Source of the DNA: Ignavibacteriales bacterium
GTDB taxonomy: Bacteria; Bacteroidota; Ignavibacteria; UBA10030; UBA6906
Direction: 5' to 3'
Assembly: GCA_037441705.1 (NCBI GenBank)
Contig: JBBIRR010000046.1
Location: forward strand, 1 to 28,922
DNA length: 28,922 nt
Part shown: positions 1 to 9,843 of the stretch, one piece after another
Position numbering within the stretch: the first letter of the stretch is position 1
Layout: each line of letters opens with the position of its first letter
Notes under the pieces: generated by a model
Database searches by the model: none
Told to the model about the DNA's origin: nothing
Seen by the model: the letters and a program-made list of their open reading frames with translations, nothing else
Program-made: the position numbers and the translations under genes

Positions 1-43
1 TTCTCAGACAGGCGCGCTGAATGCCGAATGAAAGCGTTGTGAG

Positions 44-74
44 GAGGGAGTTGCTCGGCTCCCTCTTTTTCTTT
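44..74 (+). terminator. Rho-independent terminator of an upstream (out-of-window) gene
   Basis: GAGGGAGTT-gctc-GGCTCCCTC stem followed by TTTTTCTTTT. Confidence 0.7.
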
Positions 75-97
75 TGGATGATCGAAGGAAGAATGTC

Positions 98-2512
98 ATG
101 AATGCCCTGCTCACACTTCTTGCCGCTCTCGCCCTTCTCACCAACTCCCTGCATGCCGGTGACAGGTACTCGACCTACTCCAAGGTGAGAATCCACGTTC
201 GCGAGGCGACTGACATTGAAACCATGCAGCGGCTGGGAATCGACCTCGATCACTACACCGGTACGCTGCAGGAAGGAATTGATGTTGTGATCAATCGGGA
301 TGCCGTGGAGACACTCCGCGCGGCCGGCATTCCTCATACCATTCTCATTGCGGATATGGACGAATACCACCGCAACCGGCCGTCGGCGACGGAGAGTGCG
401 ATGGACCTGAGCCGACGCATTCTCGAAGAGAATGGAGTCCGAGACTTCCGGTACGGCTCGATGGGCGGATATCTGACGTACGCCGAGGTTGTTGTGCAGT
501 TGGACTCCATGCGCTTGCTCTTTCCGAACATCATCACTCCCAAGGAATCGCTCGGCGTCACGGAACAGGGCAGAGTGATTTGGGGGGTGGAGATTTCGGA
601 CAACCCCGGGCAGGCTGAACCCGGCGAAGCGGTGGTCCACTTCGACGCGCTGCACCACGCACGCGAGCCCCAATCAATGGCCACCATCATGTACTACCTC
701 TACTGGCTGTTGGATAACTATGGCACCGATCCCGAAGCGACCTACCTGGTGAATAACCGGCGCATCTGTTTCGTTCCCGTTGTGAATCCCGATGGCTACT
801 TTTACAACCAATCCATCAGTCCCAACGGCGGCGGCAGCTGGCGCAAGAACCGTCGCAACAACGGGGACGGCAGCTTCGGGGTTGACCTGAATCGCAACTA
901 CAACTACATGTGGGGGTACGACAACGTCGGTTCGAGTCCGATGCCTTCCTCGGACACCTATCGCGGGCCTGCGCCGCTTTCGGAGCCTGAGACCCGCGCC
1001 ATCCGCAACTATACGATGCAGAAGCTTCCGTCCATTGCTATGTCTGCACACTCGGTGGCGGGACGCTACCTCAATCCCTACAGCTACAAGGATACTGTCA
1101 TCTCCTACGAGTATTATGCCGAGTATGCCAGCGACTTCACGCGAGAGAACAATTATCTGTACGGGACGGTGTATCAGATGCTCTCCTACAATTCGAACGG
1201 AACGACACGCGACTATCTCCACCATGATCTCGGCTGCTATGCGTGGACGCCGGAGATGGGAGGAAGCGGCTTCTGGCCCGCGCGGGCCGAGATCGTTCCC
1301 ATCGCGCAGGAAAATCTCCTCGCGTGCAAATACATGACGTGGATTGCTGGCGCCTTTGCCGACTATCACGCATTCGAGATTGTCGGACGCGGCTACTGTC
1401 TACGAGGCGATACGCTCCGCTTTACCATAACCGTGCGGAACAAAGGCGTATCCCTGCCGGCACAGAACGTCACCGTTTCCGTCCAGTCGCTCTATCCGCA
1501 TGCGACGGCCATTACCTCTAACGCCGCCTATCCGACGATTGCGCCACGCGCTGCAGCGGTCAATGCCGCGCCGTTCGAGTTCAGCATCAGCGCCTCCGCT
1601 GCAACCGGCGACGAGATGAAATTCATCGCAATCACGACGCAAGACGGCATCGAGACGTCTCGCGACACGCTTTCAATCGTTGTCGGCTATCCGGCAGTTG
1701 CGTTTTATGAAGATGCGGAAGCCGGCATCGGCCGATGGACGCCGGCCGGTAACGGCGTGCAGTGGGATACGACGTTCGTGATGGCCTACAGGGGCACTCG
1801 CTCCATTGCGGACAGTCGCTACGGCAACGTTGCCAACAGTACGAACAACACACTCACGCTCACAACGCCCATCAACCTTGCCGGCATCTCCAACCCGCGC
1901 CTGGAATTCTTTGCCCGGTGGGCCAATCAGGCTGCATCCGATTACGTCCGACTGCAAATCAGCACGAACAACGGCTCGACATGGACGGCCCTTGCGGGAC
2001 GATTCACAACGTCGGTGGGCGGTCAACCCGCGTACACAGGAAACATGGGAACGTGGGGTTGGGAATCCATCAGCCTTGCGCCGTATGCAGGCCAGCAGAT
2101 CAAGCTCCGATTCAATCTTGTCACCAATAGCAGTCTGCGCGGCGACGGGTTCTATTTTGACGAGATGCGGGTGGTGGAGTATCGGGACTCTACGGTGAGC
2201 AGCGTCGCCGGCGGAGAAGAACTCCCCGCGGCGTTTGCACTCGAGCAGAACTATCCGAACCCGTTCAACGCGCAGACACGGATTCCGTTCACGGTTCCTA
2301 AGCTACCGGCAGGGAAGCAGGAGTCGGGACGCGCGTCGCTGAAGATTTATGACGCTCTGGGCCGTGAGGTTGCGGCGTTGATCAACGCGGACCTGAAACC
2401 GGGGAGGTATGTTGTTGCCTGGGATGCCGCCGGGTTTGCTAGCGGCGTCTATTACTACCGGCTGATCGTCGGGGCACATTCATCAACGCGAAAGTTGGTC
2501 TTGATCCGGTAA
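98..2512 (+). CDS. Secreted M14 zinc carboxypeptidase (carboxypeptidase T-like) with Ig/beta-sandwich domains and T9SS C-terminal sorting domain
   Basis: HARE zinc motif, NPDG, WRKNRR, GVDLNRN, catalytic TPE; C-terminal LEQNYPNPFN...GVYYYRL...RKLVLIR. ATG at 98 (signal peptide MNALLTLLAALAL) preferred over TTG at 74. Confidence 0.9.
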   Translation: MNALLTLLAALALLTNSLHAGDRYSTYSKVRIHVREATDIETMQRLGIDLDHYTGTLQEGIDVVINRDAVETLRAAGIPHTILIADMDEYHRNRPSATESAMDLSRRILEENGVRDFRYGSMGGYLTYAEVVVQLDSMRLLFPNIITPKESLGVTEQGRVIWGVEISDNPGQAEPGEAVVHFDALHHAREPQSMATIMYYLYWLLDNYGTDPEATYLVNNRRICFVPVVNPDGYFYNQSISPNGGGSWRKNRRNNGDGSFGVDLNRNYNYMWGYDNVGSSPMPSSDTYRGPAPLSEPETRAIRNYTMQKLPSIAMSAHSVAGRYLNPYSYKDTVISYEYYAEYASDFTRENNYLYGTVYQMLSYNSNGTTRDYLHHDLGCYAWTPEMGGSGFWPARAEIVPIAQENLLACKYMTWIAGAFADYHAFEIVGRGYCLRGDTLRFTITVRNKGVSLPAQNVTVSVQSLYPHATAITSNAAYPTIAPRAAAVNAAPFEFSISASAATGDEMKFIAITTQDGIETSRDTLSIVVGYPAVAFYEDAEAGIGRWTPAGNGVQWDTTFVMAYRGTRSIADSRYGNVANSTNNTLTLTTPINLAGISNPRLEFFARWANQAASDYVRLQISTNNGSTWTALAGRFTTSVGGQPAYTGNMGTWGWESISLAPYAGQQIKLRFNLVTNSSLRGDGFYFDEMRVVEYRDSTVSSVAGGEELPAAFALEQNYPNPFNAQTRIPFTVPKLPAGKQESGRASLKIYDALGREVAALINADLKPGRYVVAWDAAGFASGVYYYRLIVGAHSSTRKLVLIR

Positions 2513-2521
2513 CGTCGTTCC

Positions 2522-3916
2522 ATGATCGTCATGAAATTCGGCGGCACCTCGAATGAGGATGCTGCCGCGATGCGCAATGTCATTCGCATTGTGCAGGCGC
2601 ATCTCGCCCATCGGCCTGTTGTCGTCATTTCAGCCATCGCCAAAGCGACCAATGAGTTGGAACTGACGGCGCGTACGGCCGCCGCTGGAAATGAACAGGA
2701 TGCAATCCGCATCGTCACGAAGCTGTTCGAACGTCACAACACGATTCTCGACAACCTGCTCAACAACCGCTCGCTTGCCGCCGAGCTTGAGGAGACGTTT
2801 TACAACCATCTTGCCGACATCAAGACGATTGTCAAGGGCATTGCCATTCTCCGAGAGCTGACGCCGCGGACGATGGACGCCATCTGTTCGTACGGCGAGC
2901 GGCTTTCCAGCCGCATTATCGCTGCGGGGTTGCAGGAAGCGGGAGTTGATGCCGTGTGGATTGATGCGAAGGAATTCATGATAACGGATGACAACTTCGG
3001 TCGCGCGCAGCCGGTGACCGAACTCGTCGTCGCACATCTGGAGAAGACCGTGCGCCCCCTGCTGAACGCGGGGAAGGTTCCTGTGACGCAGGGGTTCATC
3101 GGTATGACGCGGAGCGGCGAGTACACAACGATGGGTCGCGAAAGCTCCGATTATTCGGCCTCGATTATCGGCGGAGCAATGAATGCCGAGTGTGTGCAAA
3201 TTTGGACCGACGTGGACGGCATTCTCACCGCTGATCCGCGTGTCGTTCGTTCGGTCAAGAAATTGAAGCGCATGTCCTTTGAAGAGGCGTTCGAGCTGTC
3301 GTACTTCGGCGCAAAAGTCCTCCATCCTCGCACGATGCTGCCGGTCATCGAAAAGAACATTCCCGTGCAGATTCTCAACTCAAAGCGTGACGGGAGCGGA
3401 ACGCTTGTGGACTTTCATGCCTGGAGTGATTCCGCTGGACAGGCGTTGGTGAAGTCCGTTGCCCACAGGGGCAACGTGGCCGTCGTAGCCGTCTCGCCAC
3501 ACCGCCGGTTCAGCCAGTACGTCTTCTGGGAAGAACTCTTCAACGTGCTCACCGGCCACGGCATCACCACCGGTGTCGCCACGACGTCCGAGTATGAGCT
3601 TGCCTTCTCGATGGATTCGGCTCTCCTGACTGATGGGCTGGTGCATGAACTCGAGAAGTTCGGCCGCGTCGAAGTCCTGCAACATAAAGGCAGTGTGTGT
3701 TTGGTCGGGAAAGGCATGCGCCGAACAACAAGCGTCCTCCCACGAGTCTTCCGCGCACTGGAGGGGATAGAGATTTCGATGGTCTCGTTCGGTGCGTCGG
3801 ATGTGAATATCACGCTGGTCATCGAGGGCGAGCGTCTCCATGAGGCCGTCAACAGACTGCACGCGGAGTTCTTCGAGAACGTCTCGCTGCCCGACGTCTT
3901 CGAGGAAGTCACGTGA
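2522..3916 (+). CDS. lysC: Aspartate kinase (monofunctional, ACT domains)
   Basis: MKFGGTS, VVISA, GERLSS, TQGFIG, WTDVDGILTADPR, ELSYFGAKVLHP, C-terminal LVGKGM ACT domain. Confidence 0.9.
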   Translation: MIVMKFGGTSNEDAAAMRNVIRIVQAHLAHRPVVVISAIAKATNELELTARTAAAGNEQDAIRIVTKLFERHNTILDNLLNNRSLAAELEETFYNHLADIKTIVKGIAILRELTPRTMDAICSYGERLSSRIIAAGLQEAGVDAVWIDAKEFMITDDNFGRAQPVTELVVAHLEKTVRPLLNAGKVPVTQGFIGMTRSGEYTTMGRESSDYSASIIGGAMNAECVQIWTDVDGILTADPRVVRSVKKLKRMSFEEAFELSYFGAKVLHPRTMLPVIEKNIPVQILNSKRDGSGTLVDFHAWSDSAGQALVKSVAHRGNVAVVAVSPHRRFSQYVFWEELFNVLTGHGITTGVATTSEYELAFSMDSALLTDGLVHELEKFGRVEVLQHKGSVCLVGKGMRRTTSVLPRVFRALEGIEISMVSFGASDVNITLVIEGERLHEAVNRLHAEFFENVSLPDVFEEVT

Positions 3917-4656
3917 TGTCCGACGCTCGTTCGCGGCTGCGGGCCAAGACTCTCCGCGTTGCCCGCGTCCTCGAACGCCACCTCGGCGTTCCCAGGCAGA
4001 AGCGTTCCCTTCCACCGCCGCTCGATATGCTCATTGCCACCATCCTCTCGCAAAACACCAACGACAAGAACAGTTACCGAGCGTATACGGAGTTGCGAAA
4101 GAGATTTCCCACGTGGCAGCACGTGGCGGCCGCCCCGCTGAAACGCGTTCGTGCGGCTATTCGCGTCGGCGGCATGGCGCACCAGAAAGCCGGTCGCATT
4201 AAAGAGACGCTGGCGGCGGTGCAGCGCCGCTACGGCAGGTTCGACCTGTCCGCGCTGCGACGGAAATCCGATGAGCAGGTGATTGAGGAGCTGACCGCAC
4301 TTAACGGTGTCGGCTTCAAAACGGCGTCGTGCGTTCTGCTGTTTTCGTTAGGGAGAGATGTGTTTCCTGTGGACACTCATGTGCATCGCATCTGTAATCG
4401 TCTTGGACTCGTCAACGGCGTGGCAACGCCGGAGAAAACATACGAGCAGATGAAACCGTTGGTGCCGAAAGGCAAAAGCTATTCTCTCCACACAAACCTC
4501 ATCCGGTTCGGACGCGCAATCTGTCGGTCGGCTCATCCTCGCTGCGATGTGTGCCCGCTGTTCGAGGAATGTGTGTATGAGGAAAAGACCAGGCAACGGC
4601 GTTCGTCTGCAGCAAACGCCGACTACACGTTCATGCTGTTGGATAACGTACGATGA
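3913..4656 (+). CDS. nth: Endonuclease III / HhH-GPD DNA glycosylase with 4Fe-4S cluster
   Basis: LIATILSQNTND, GVGFKTA HhH, PVDTHV, C-x6-C-x2-C-x5-C; start overlaps lysC stop. Confidence 0.85.
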   Translation: MMSDARSRLRAKTLRVARVLERHLGVPRQKRSLPPPLDMLIATILSQNTNDKNSYRAYTELRKRFPTWQHVAAAPLKRVRAAIRVGGMAHQKAGRIKETLAAVQRRYGRFDLSALRRKSDEQVIEELTALNGVGFKTASCVLLFSLGRDVFPVDTHVHRICNRLGLVNGVATPEKTYEQMKPLVPKGKSYSLHTNLIRFGRAICRSAHPRCDVCPLFEECVYEEKTRQRRSSAANADYTFMLLDNVR

Positions 4657-5675
4657 CGATTCCGCCCGAGGCTGTCCGAAAAATTCTCATCATCAAGTTA
4701 GGGGGACTGGGCGACGTCTTTCTCTCCACGATTGTTCTCGAGAGTTTGAAGAATTATTTTCCGTCGGCGCAAATTGAGTATTGTGTGGAGAAAGCAGGGA
4801 AGGAAGCAATTGCACGAGAGACGCGCGTGGATGCCGTTTTCGTCCTGGAGAAGGAAACGATGCATCCCCTCTCCGTCATTCGGCACATTCGGAGACAGCG
4901 CTACGATCTGGTGATCGATCTTTTCGGCAACCCCCGCTCGGCGGTGATGACGTTTTTCAGCGGGGCAAGGTACAGGGTGGGACTCGACTACGGATGGCGC
5001 CGCCATCTCTACTCGATCGTCGGTGAAGCACAGCGCGAAAAACTGCACGGGGCAGAAGTCAACCTCCAGGCGCTGCGGGCCATCGGCGTCCCGGTTGTGA
5101 ACACCGGCGTTTGCTATCCTCTCTCGGAACAGGATTGTGCGTACGCCACGGAGTTCTGGAACGCATATCAACTCAACGGCAGATTCGTTCTCGGCATCCT
5201 GCCGGCGGGCAGTTGGCCCTCCAAGCGATGCGAGCCGGAGAAATTTTCGGAGATCGCGCGGGCCTTAGCAGAGGAATACAACGCTCGTGTTCTCATCGTG
5301 TGGGGTCCCGCCGACGAAGCCGACGCGGTCGAGATTCAACGTCTCTGCGGCGAAGCGGCCCTCCTCGCACCTCGAGCATCTCTCTCCAACAATCTTGCCT
5401 TGCTCGCGCGCTGTTCGGCGATTGTGGCGAACGACTCCGGCCCGATGCATCTCGCTTCGGGCTTTGGCGTGCCGATCCTCTGTCTATACGGACCGACGTA
5501 TCCGGAAGGGCCGTACGGTACAATTCACGGTTGGGTGAGAAATGAGCAGCTCGATTGCCTCGTCTGCAATCTCCTTCACTGTCCGATTGACCATCCGTGC
5601 ATGCGCCAGTTGCCCCTCGAAGAGGTACGAACGGCATTCCGTCGGATGATGGAAACGGGAAAGCAGAAAGAGTAA
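4653..5675 (+). CDS. Glycosyltransferase family 9 (LPS heptosyltransferase-like)
   Basis: KILIIKLGGLGDV, YDLVIDL, NDSGPMHLA, C-terminal Cys cluster. Confidence 0.88.
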   Translation: MTIPPEAVRKILIIKLGGLGDVFLSTIVLESLKNYFPSAQIEYCVEKAGKEAIARETRVDAVFVLEKETMHPLSVIRHIRRQRYDLVIDLFGNPRSAVMTFFSGARYRVGLDYGWRRHLYSIVGEAQREKLHGAEVNLQALRAIGVPVVNTGVCYPLSEQDCAYATEFWNAYQLNGRFVLGILPAGSWPSKRCEPEKFSEIARALAEEYNARVLIVWGPADEADAVEIQRLCGEAALLAPRASLSNNLALLARCSAIVANDSGPMHLASGFGVPILCLYGPTYPEGPYGTIHGWVRNEQLDCLVCNLLHCPIDHPCMRQLPLEEVRTAFRRMMETGKQKE

Positions 5676-5831
5676 GTCATGGGGGATCCCGAATCTCGCC
5701 TGCAGCAACGGCGCGACGCGAGGCACATTGCGAACAAGTGAGTTGCGCGCTGAGTTCACGAATGAATGAGGCGTGCCGTAACGTCGTGCGCTTTCATCAC
5801 CTTAGAACTGGGCCGTCTCATCACAACGTGT

Positions 5832-6317
5832 TTACTTCCTTCCGGCAACATAATCCTGAAACTTCGTTGTCAGGTAGTGATCCTCGGCGATGAAGGAGAG
5901 AACGTTCATGAACAGCTTCGCATCGGCGAAACCGGGGTAGATGGTAATCGGCTCGCCGTCGGCGCGGAGGAAGAGTGTGCTGGGGTAACCCTCAATGCCG
6001 AAGGCCGCGGCGAGTTCTCGCTCGGTGTATTGCTGGCCCTTGTACGTGAGCGTCCGGTCGGATTCGGCGTTGAGTTTGATAACGACGTACCGCTTCTGCA
6101 GGTAGCCCGCAACGTCGCCGCTCACATAGGTCTGAGAATCCATTCTCTTGCACCACCCGCACCAATCCGTGTACACATCAACCAGGACTTTCCTGTTCGT
6201 CCTCTTCGCCTCAGCAAGTCCATCGTTGAAAGAGAACCACTTCAGTGACTTCTCGCCGGCCTGAAGATTCAGCGCAACAGCGACAAGTGCAAGAAGAACG
6301 GAACGTCTCTTCATCAT
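5832..6317 (-). CDS. Exported thioredoxin-family protein (SoxW/DUF255-like)
   Basis: Signal peptide, YTDWCGWCKRMD, GYPS cis-Pro motif. Confidence 0.88.
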   Translation of the reverse strand: MMKRRSVLLALVAVALNLQAGEKSLKWFSFNDGLAEAKRTNRKVLVDVYTDWCGWCKRMDSQTYVSGDVAGYLQKRYVVIKLNAESDRTLTYKGQQYTERELAAAFGIEGYPSTLFLRADGEPITIYPGFADAKLFMNVLSFIAEDHYLTTKFQDYVAGRK

Positions 6318-6326
6318 TTCTTCCCT

Positions 6327-7253
6327 TCAGAATGTGACGGTAATGGAAAACGTGTGGGCGCTTCCGAGGTTCTCCGAGAGCGGAGCGAAGCCGTAATCAA
6401 TCCCGAACATCCCGTGACGAACGCCAAGGCCGCCGGCAAATCTGCGCGCGCTCGATCCCGCCTGCAACCCGATGCGTGCCGCGACCATATCGTTGATCAG
6501 CAGCTCCGCGCCTGCATTGACGTACGATCGCTTTTCTGGAACGATGTAGAGGAAATCGGATGCGATCATCAGCTGCGCCGTCAGGCTCTCGATGTCCAGC
6601 GTGTAAGCCGGGCCAAGGCGAAGGAGAGAGGGGAGCGTGATCTTCTCGGTGCGCAGCGCATTCATGCTTCCCAGGTTTGCGAGCGCGATGCCGACACGCA
6701 GGTTTTCTATCGGCGTCCGGTACTGCGCGCCGACGTCGAAGGCAAGGCCGTGGGCGTCGTCTACAAAAATTTTCTCGAAGAGAAACTTTCCCGTTACGCC
6801 GAGTTGGAATCGGTCGGAGAAGCGTCGCGCGTACGACGCCGCGAGGACGTAGTCGCGAGACGTGAACGTTCCTTCGGCGCTTCCCGGTCGCGTGCGGATT
6901 TGGATGTCAGAAACGGTTGCCGTGTTGATCGAGAGGCCGAGGGCGTTCTCATCGTCAAGCTGCACGCTGACTCCGAGAAACTGCGTGCGGATGTCCTGAA
7001 TCCATTCCCGATGCATGAGGAGGAATTGGGTTGATCCGTTCTCCGGACCGAGAAGACCGGCGGGATTGTAGTAGGTGGCTGCTGCGCCGTTGGCACTTGC
7101 GCTCATGGCATCACCCAACGCAACAGCGCGGCCCGAAACGCCTAACTTCAAAAATGCCATTCCCGATTTTCCCGCCTGCGCATACCCGCCGTGCGTGCCA
7201 AGCAGAAGACATACAGCGAAAGCTGATAGCAAAGGAAAGCGTTGCCGGTTCAT
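6327..7253 (-). CDS. PorV/PorQ-family outer-membrane beta-barrel
   Basis: FLKLGVSGRAVALGDA...YYNPAGL N-terminal motif, amphipathic strands, terminal Phe. Start moved to ATG 7253 (MNRQRFPLL signal peptide) to avoid overlap with the upstream gene. Confidence 0.8.
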   Translation of the reverse strand: MNRQRFPLLSAFAVCLLLGTHGGYAQAGKSGMAFLKLGVSGRAVALGDAMSASANGAAATYYNPAGLLGPENGSTQFLLMHREWIQDIRTQFLGVSVQLDDENALGLSINTATVSDIQIRTRPGSAEGTFTSRDYVLAASYARRFSDRFQLGVTGKFLFEKIFVDDAHGLAFDVGAQYRTPIENLRVGIALANLGSMNALRTEKITLPSLLRLGPAYTLDIESLTAQLMIASDFLYIVPEKRSYVNAGAELLINDMVAARIGLQAGSSARRFAGGLGVRHGMFGIDYGFAPLSENLGSAHTFSITVTF

Positions 7254-7261
7254 ACGTTCTC

Positions 7262-8302
7262 TCAAAATCTCACCGAAATCGAAATCATATGCATGCCCGA
7301 ACTTGTGAACGGCTCCACGACGAAGGCATAGTTCAGCGCCGGCGTCCATGCATCGAAATCTCTTCTTGCCGAGAAGCCGAAGGACGGACGGACGCCCATG
7401 CCTTTTTCCTTCAGGTCAATTCTATCGAGTCCGGCTCGTACAGTAATCTCCGGAAGGACAGCGATCTCGACTCCCACTTTGAGCTGAAGCGTGGACTGAT
7501 CGCTCAACTCCATATCCACGGCAGCGACACCGAGCGTGTCGGGCAGCCGGTACGCCGCCCCGATGGTGTACAGACGCGGGAATTTGTCGGTCGTTGTCGC
7601 CGCGCGCTGCTCGCCATAAACGCCTTTCGTATCCCAACTGTACTTGGAGCTGAAATCCCGTGCCGTCGCCCCGATCGTGAGGTGATCAGAGATGGGATAG
7701 AGAAGGCCGAGATCGAATCCGAAGGTTGAGGAGTTGACGCTTGTGTACAGATGGTGATACAGATACTTGATAGTGACGCCGAGAGCAAGCCGGTTTTTCA
7801 GACTCGTCCCGAAGCTGAGAAACGCCTGATTCTCCGACGTCTGCAGCAGTCCTGTCGGTTCGCCATCGGAATCTCGGCCATCAATTCCTGTCACGCCGGA
7901 GTTGATGATGCCGACGGCCAGACCGGCACGCGGGCGGTTTGTCACAGTGTCGTTCCCCTGTCCCAGCGGCTGGACAAAGCTGAGGAAGTTCAGTCTTCTA
8001 TCAAGAGAAAGAATGCCAAAGGAAGCGGAGATGGTGCGATACTCGGCAAACGGCAGCGTTGCCGGATTGTAGTAGCCGACAGCGTCACCGGTCGTAACTG
8101 CCGTGAGTGCGTTGCCCATGCCCAGGCCACGGGCGCCGAATCCCATGCGACTGTACGCGCCGGCTTTCCCGCCAATCTGAGCAATTGCGGAAGTGATTGA
8201 CCCAACGATGATGACTACGACGATGGCTCCGGCCATCACTCTCAGAAAGAGGGCGGCGAGCTCCGATGCCGTTTGTCGCATCGAATGAAGTCGAAGGATC
8301 AT
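7262..8302 (-). CDS. PorV/PorQ-like outer-membrane beta-barrel (second paralog)
   Basis: MGFGARGLGMGNA...YYNPA motif, terminal Phe. ATG at 8302 forms an ATGA overlap with the upstream stop. Confidence 0.75.
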   Translation of the reverse strand: MILRLHSMRQTASELAALFLRVMAGAIVVVIIVGSITSAIAQIGGKAGAYSRMGFGARGLGMGNALTAVTTGDAVGYYNPATLPFAEYRTISASFGILSLDRRLNFLSFVQPLGQGNDTVTNRPRAGLAVGIINSGVTGIDGRDSDGEPTGLLQTSENQAFLSFGTSLKNRLALGVTIKYLYHHLYTSVNSSTFGFDLGLLYPISDHLTIGATARDFSSKYSWDTKGVYGEQRAATTTDKFPRLYTIGAAYRLPDTLGVAAVDMELSDQSTLQLKVGVEIAVLPEITVRAGLDRIDLKEKGMGVRPSFGFSARRDFDAWTPALNYAFVVEPFTSSGMHMISISVRF

Positions 8303-9843
8303 TGCAGCACCATCACCTTTCCCCACGACGCCTCGCTGCCGTCAACGATTACGCGGTAGAAATAAACTCCGTTGGCAACCTGACGTTTCGCGTCATCTAG
8401 GCCGTCCCAGATTTCATCATGCTCGCCGGAACCTGAACGCTGCGCGTCCTTGATGATCGTGCGGACGCGGTTCATTCCAAAATCGAAAACCTCTACCGTG
8501 ACGAGGGCACTCCGCCCTCCGGTACTGTAATGGACGCGAGCAACTTCCTGCTTGGGCGAGAAGGGATTGGGATAGACATACGTGCTGTTTGTCGTTCCGA
8601 CAGAACGAAATGCGCGCAGAACCTGCCACGACTGGCCGAACGGATGCGTTGCATTGTCCACCGTCTTCACCAATCCCTCACCGCTGCCGCAGTACACAGT
8701 GTCGCCGATGACACCGACGGAAAAGAACTGTCGGCTCACCAGTCTGTGTCCCGAGACCCGGTCAACGATAGTGCCCGATTGCGTCCACGACTCGCCGCCG
8801 TCGGAAGATCGGAACATCCCTTCGTCGGTTGCGATATAGACGATCGAGTCTTTGAAAGCGAAGTCGTACGCCTTGATGCCGTGCAGGAAGGTGTGCCAGA
8901 TGCGCCCGCCATCGTCGGTATAGCTTACGCCAAACTGTTCGTTGGGGTCTTCCGCCTTCCAGTTGGTGCACCAGATGCGTTTGCGTGTTCCGATCTGCTG
9001 TCCGTCAATGGCGATCACCCAGTTGCCGAGGATGTGTGCGACTTGATTCTGTGCGGAGAACTTCACCCAGCTCACGCCGCCGTCCGTTGATTTGTTGATG
9101 CCGCCGGCGGTGCCGGCCCAGATGGTTGTGTCATCCTCCAGATACACGGCAAAGCCGAGGAAGTTGTTGTTGCGGCGGGGGTCCATGATGTACCCGCCGA
9201 GTTGATCGGCAGGGGAAATGGAATTCCGATTGTCCGCGGGAAGAACCGTCCGAATCCACGTTTGTCCGCGGTTGGTTGATCGTCGTATGCCGCTGGACCA
9301 GCTTGCAATCCACACGACGCTGTCCGTGAAGGCAAGATCGAATGTCACATTCTGCTCAGGCACGATGATGGGAAGAAAGTTGATCCGATTCGCTCCGTAC
9401 ATCACGATACTGTCGTCGGGGGCATCAAGGGGTTGCGGCACATGCGTCCAGCTTGCCCCGCCGTCGAGGGAATACGTGTAGCCTGAGCCGGTCTGGACTG
9501 TCCGGTTAGGTTCGTCTTTGAGAGGCTTGTTGAAGCCGGTGGCTGTCCAGATGGTACTGCCGCGAACGGCGAGCGAGAAAATGCCGTCGTTCGCGAACTC
9601 AGGAACGGAACGAAAGCTTTCCCATGTTGCACCGCCATCGCTTGTCCGGGCAAGTCCTTTGCTTGTACCGATGTAGAGCTCGGTACCCTGTGCTGCAATC
9701 TGAGAGATAGAGTTGCTCGGCAGCAGATTGCCTAACGATCCTGAAGTGGAAAGCCGTGGAGAACTCAATGCCTCAACCTGAGCTGCTGCGCTTGGGGCCA
9801 GGACTATGAAATAAACGAGGATGCTTGCTGCACGTCTCATCAT
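8299..9843 (-). CDS. Secreted BNR/Asp-box beta-propeller protein with C-terminal FlgD-Ig / T9SS-type domain
   Basis: Repeated S-x-D-G-G-x-(S/T)-W motifs; YPNPFSP...WDGLD...VANGVYFYRV. Confidence 0.8.
   Translation of the reverse strand: MMRRAASILVYFIVLAPSAAAQVEALSSPRLSTSGSLGNLLPSNSISQIAAQGTELYIGTSKGLARTSDGGATWESFRSVPEFANDGIFSLAVRGSTIWTATGFNKPLKDEPNRTVQTGSGYTYSLDGGASWTHVPQPLDAPDDSIVMYGANRINFLPIIVPEQNVTFDLAFTDSVVWIASWSSGIRRSTNRGQTWIRTVLPADNRNSISPADQLGGYIMDPRRNNNFLGFAVYLEDDTTIWAGTAGGINKSTDGGVSWVKFSAQNQVAHILGNWVIAIDGQQIGTRKRIWCTNWKAEDPNEQFGVSYTDDGGRIWHTFLHGIKAYDFAFKDSIVYIATDEGMFRSSDGGESWTQSGTIVDRVSGHRLVSRQFFSVGVIGDTVYCGSGEGLVKTVDNATHPFGQSWQVLRAFRSVGTTNSTYVYPNPFSPKQEVARVHYSTGGRSALVTVEVFDFGMNRVRTIIKDAQRSGSGEHDEIWDGLDDAKRQVANGVYFYRVIVDGSEASWGKVMVLQ

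Noticed and set aside
2297-2322. Short insertion (KLPAGKQES) in the T9SS C-terminal domain as a REP remnant
   Set aside because: The palindrome is too weak to support
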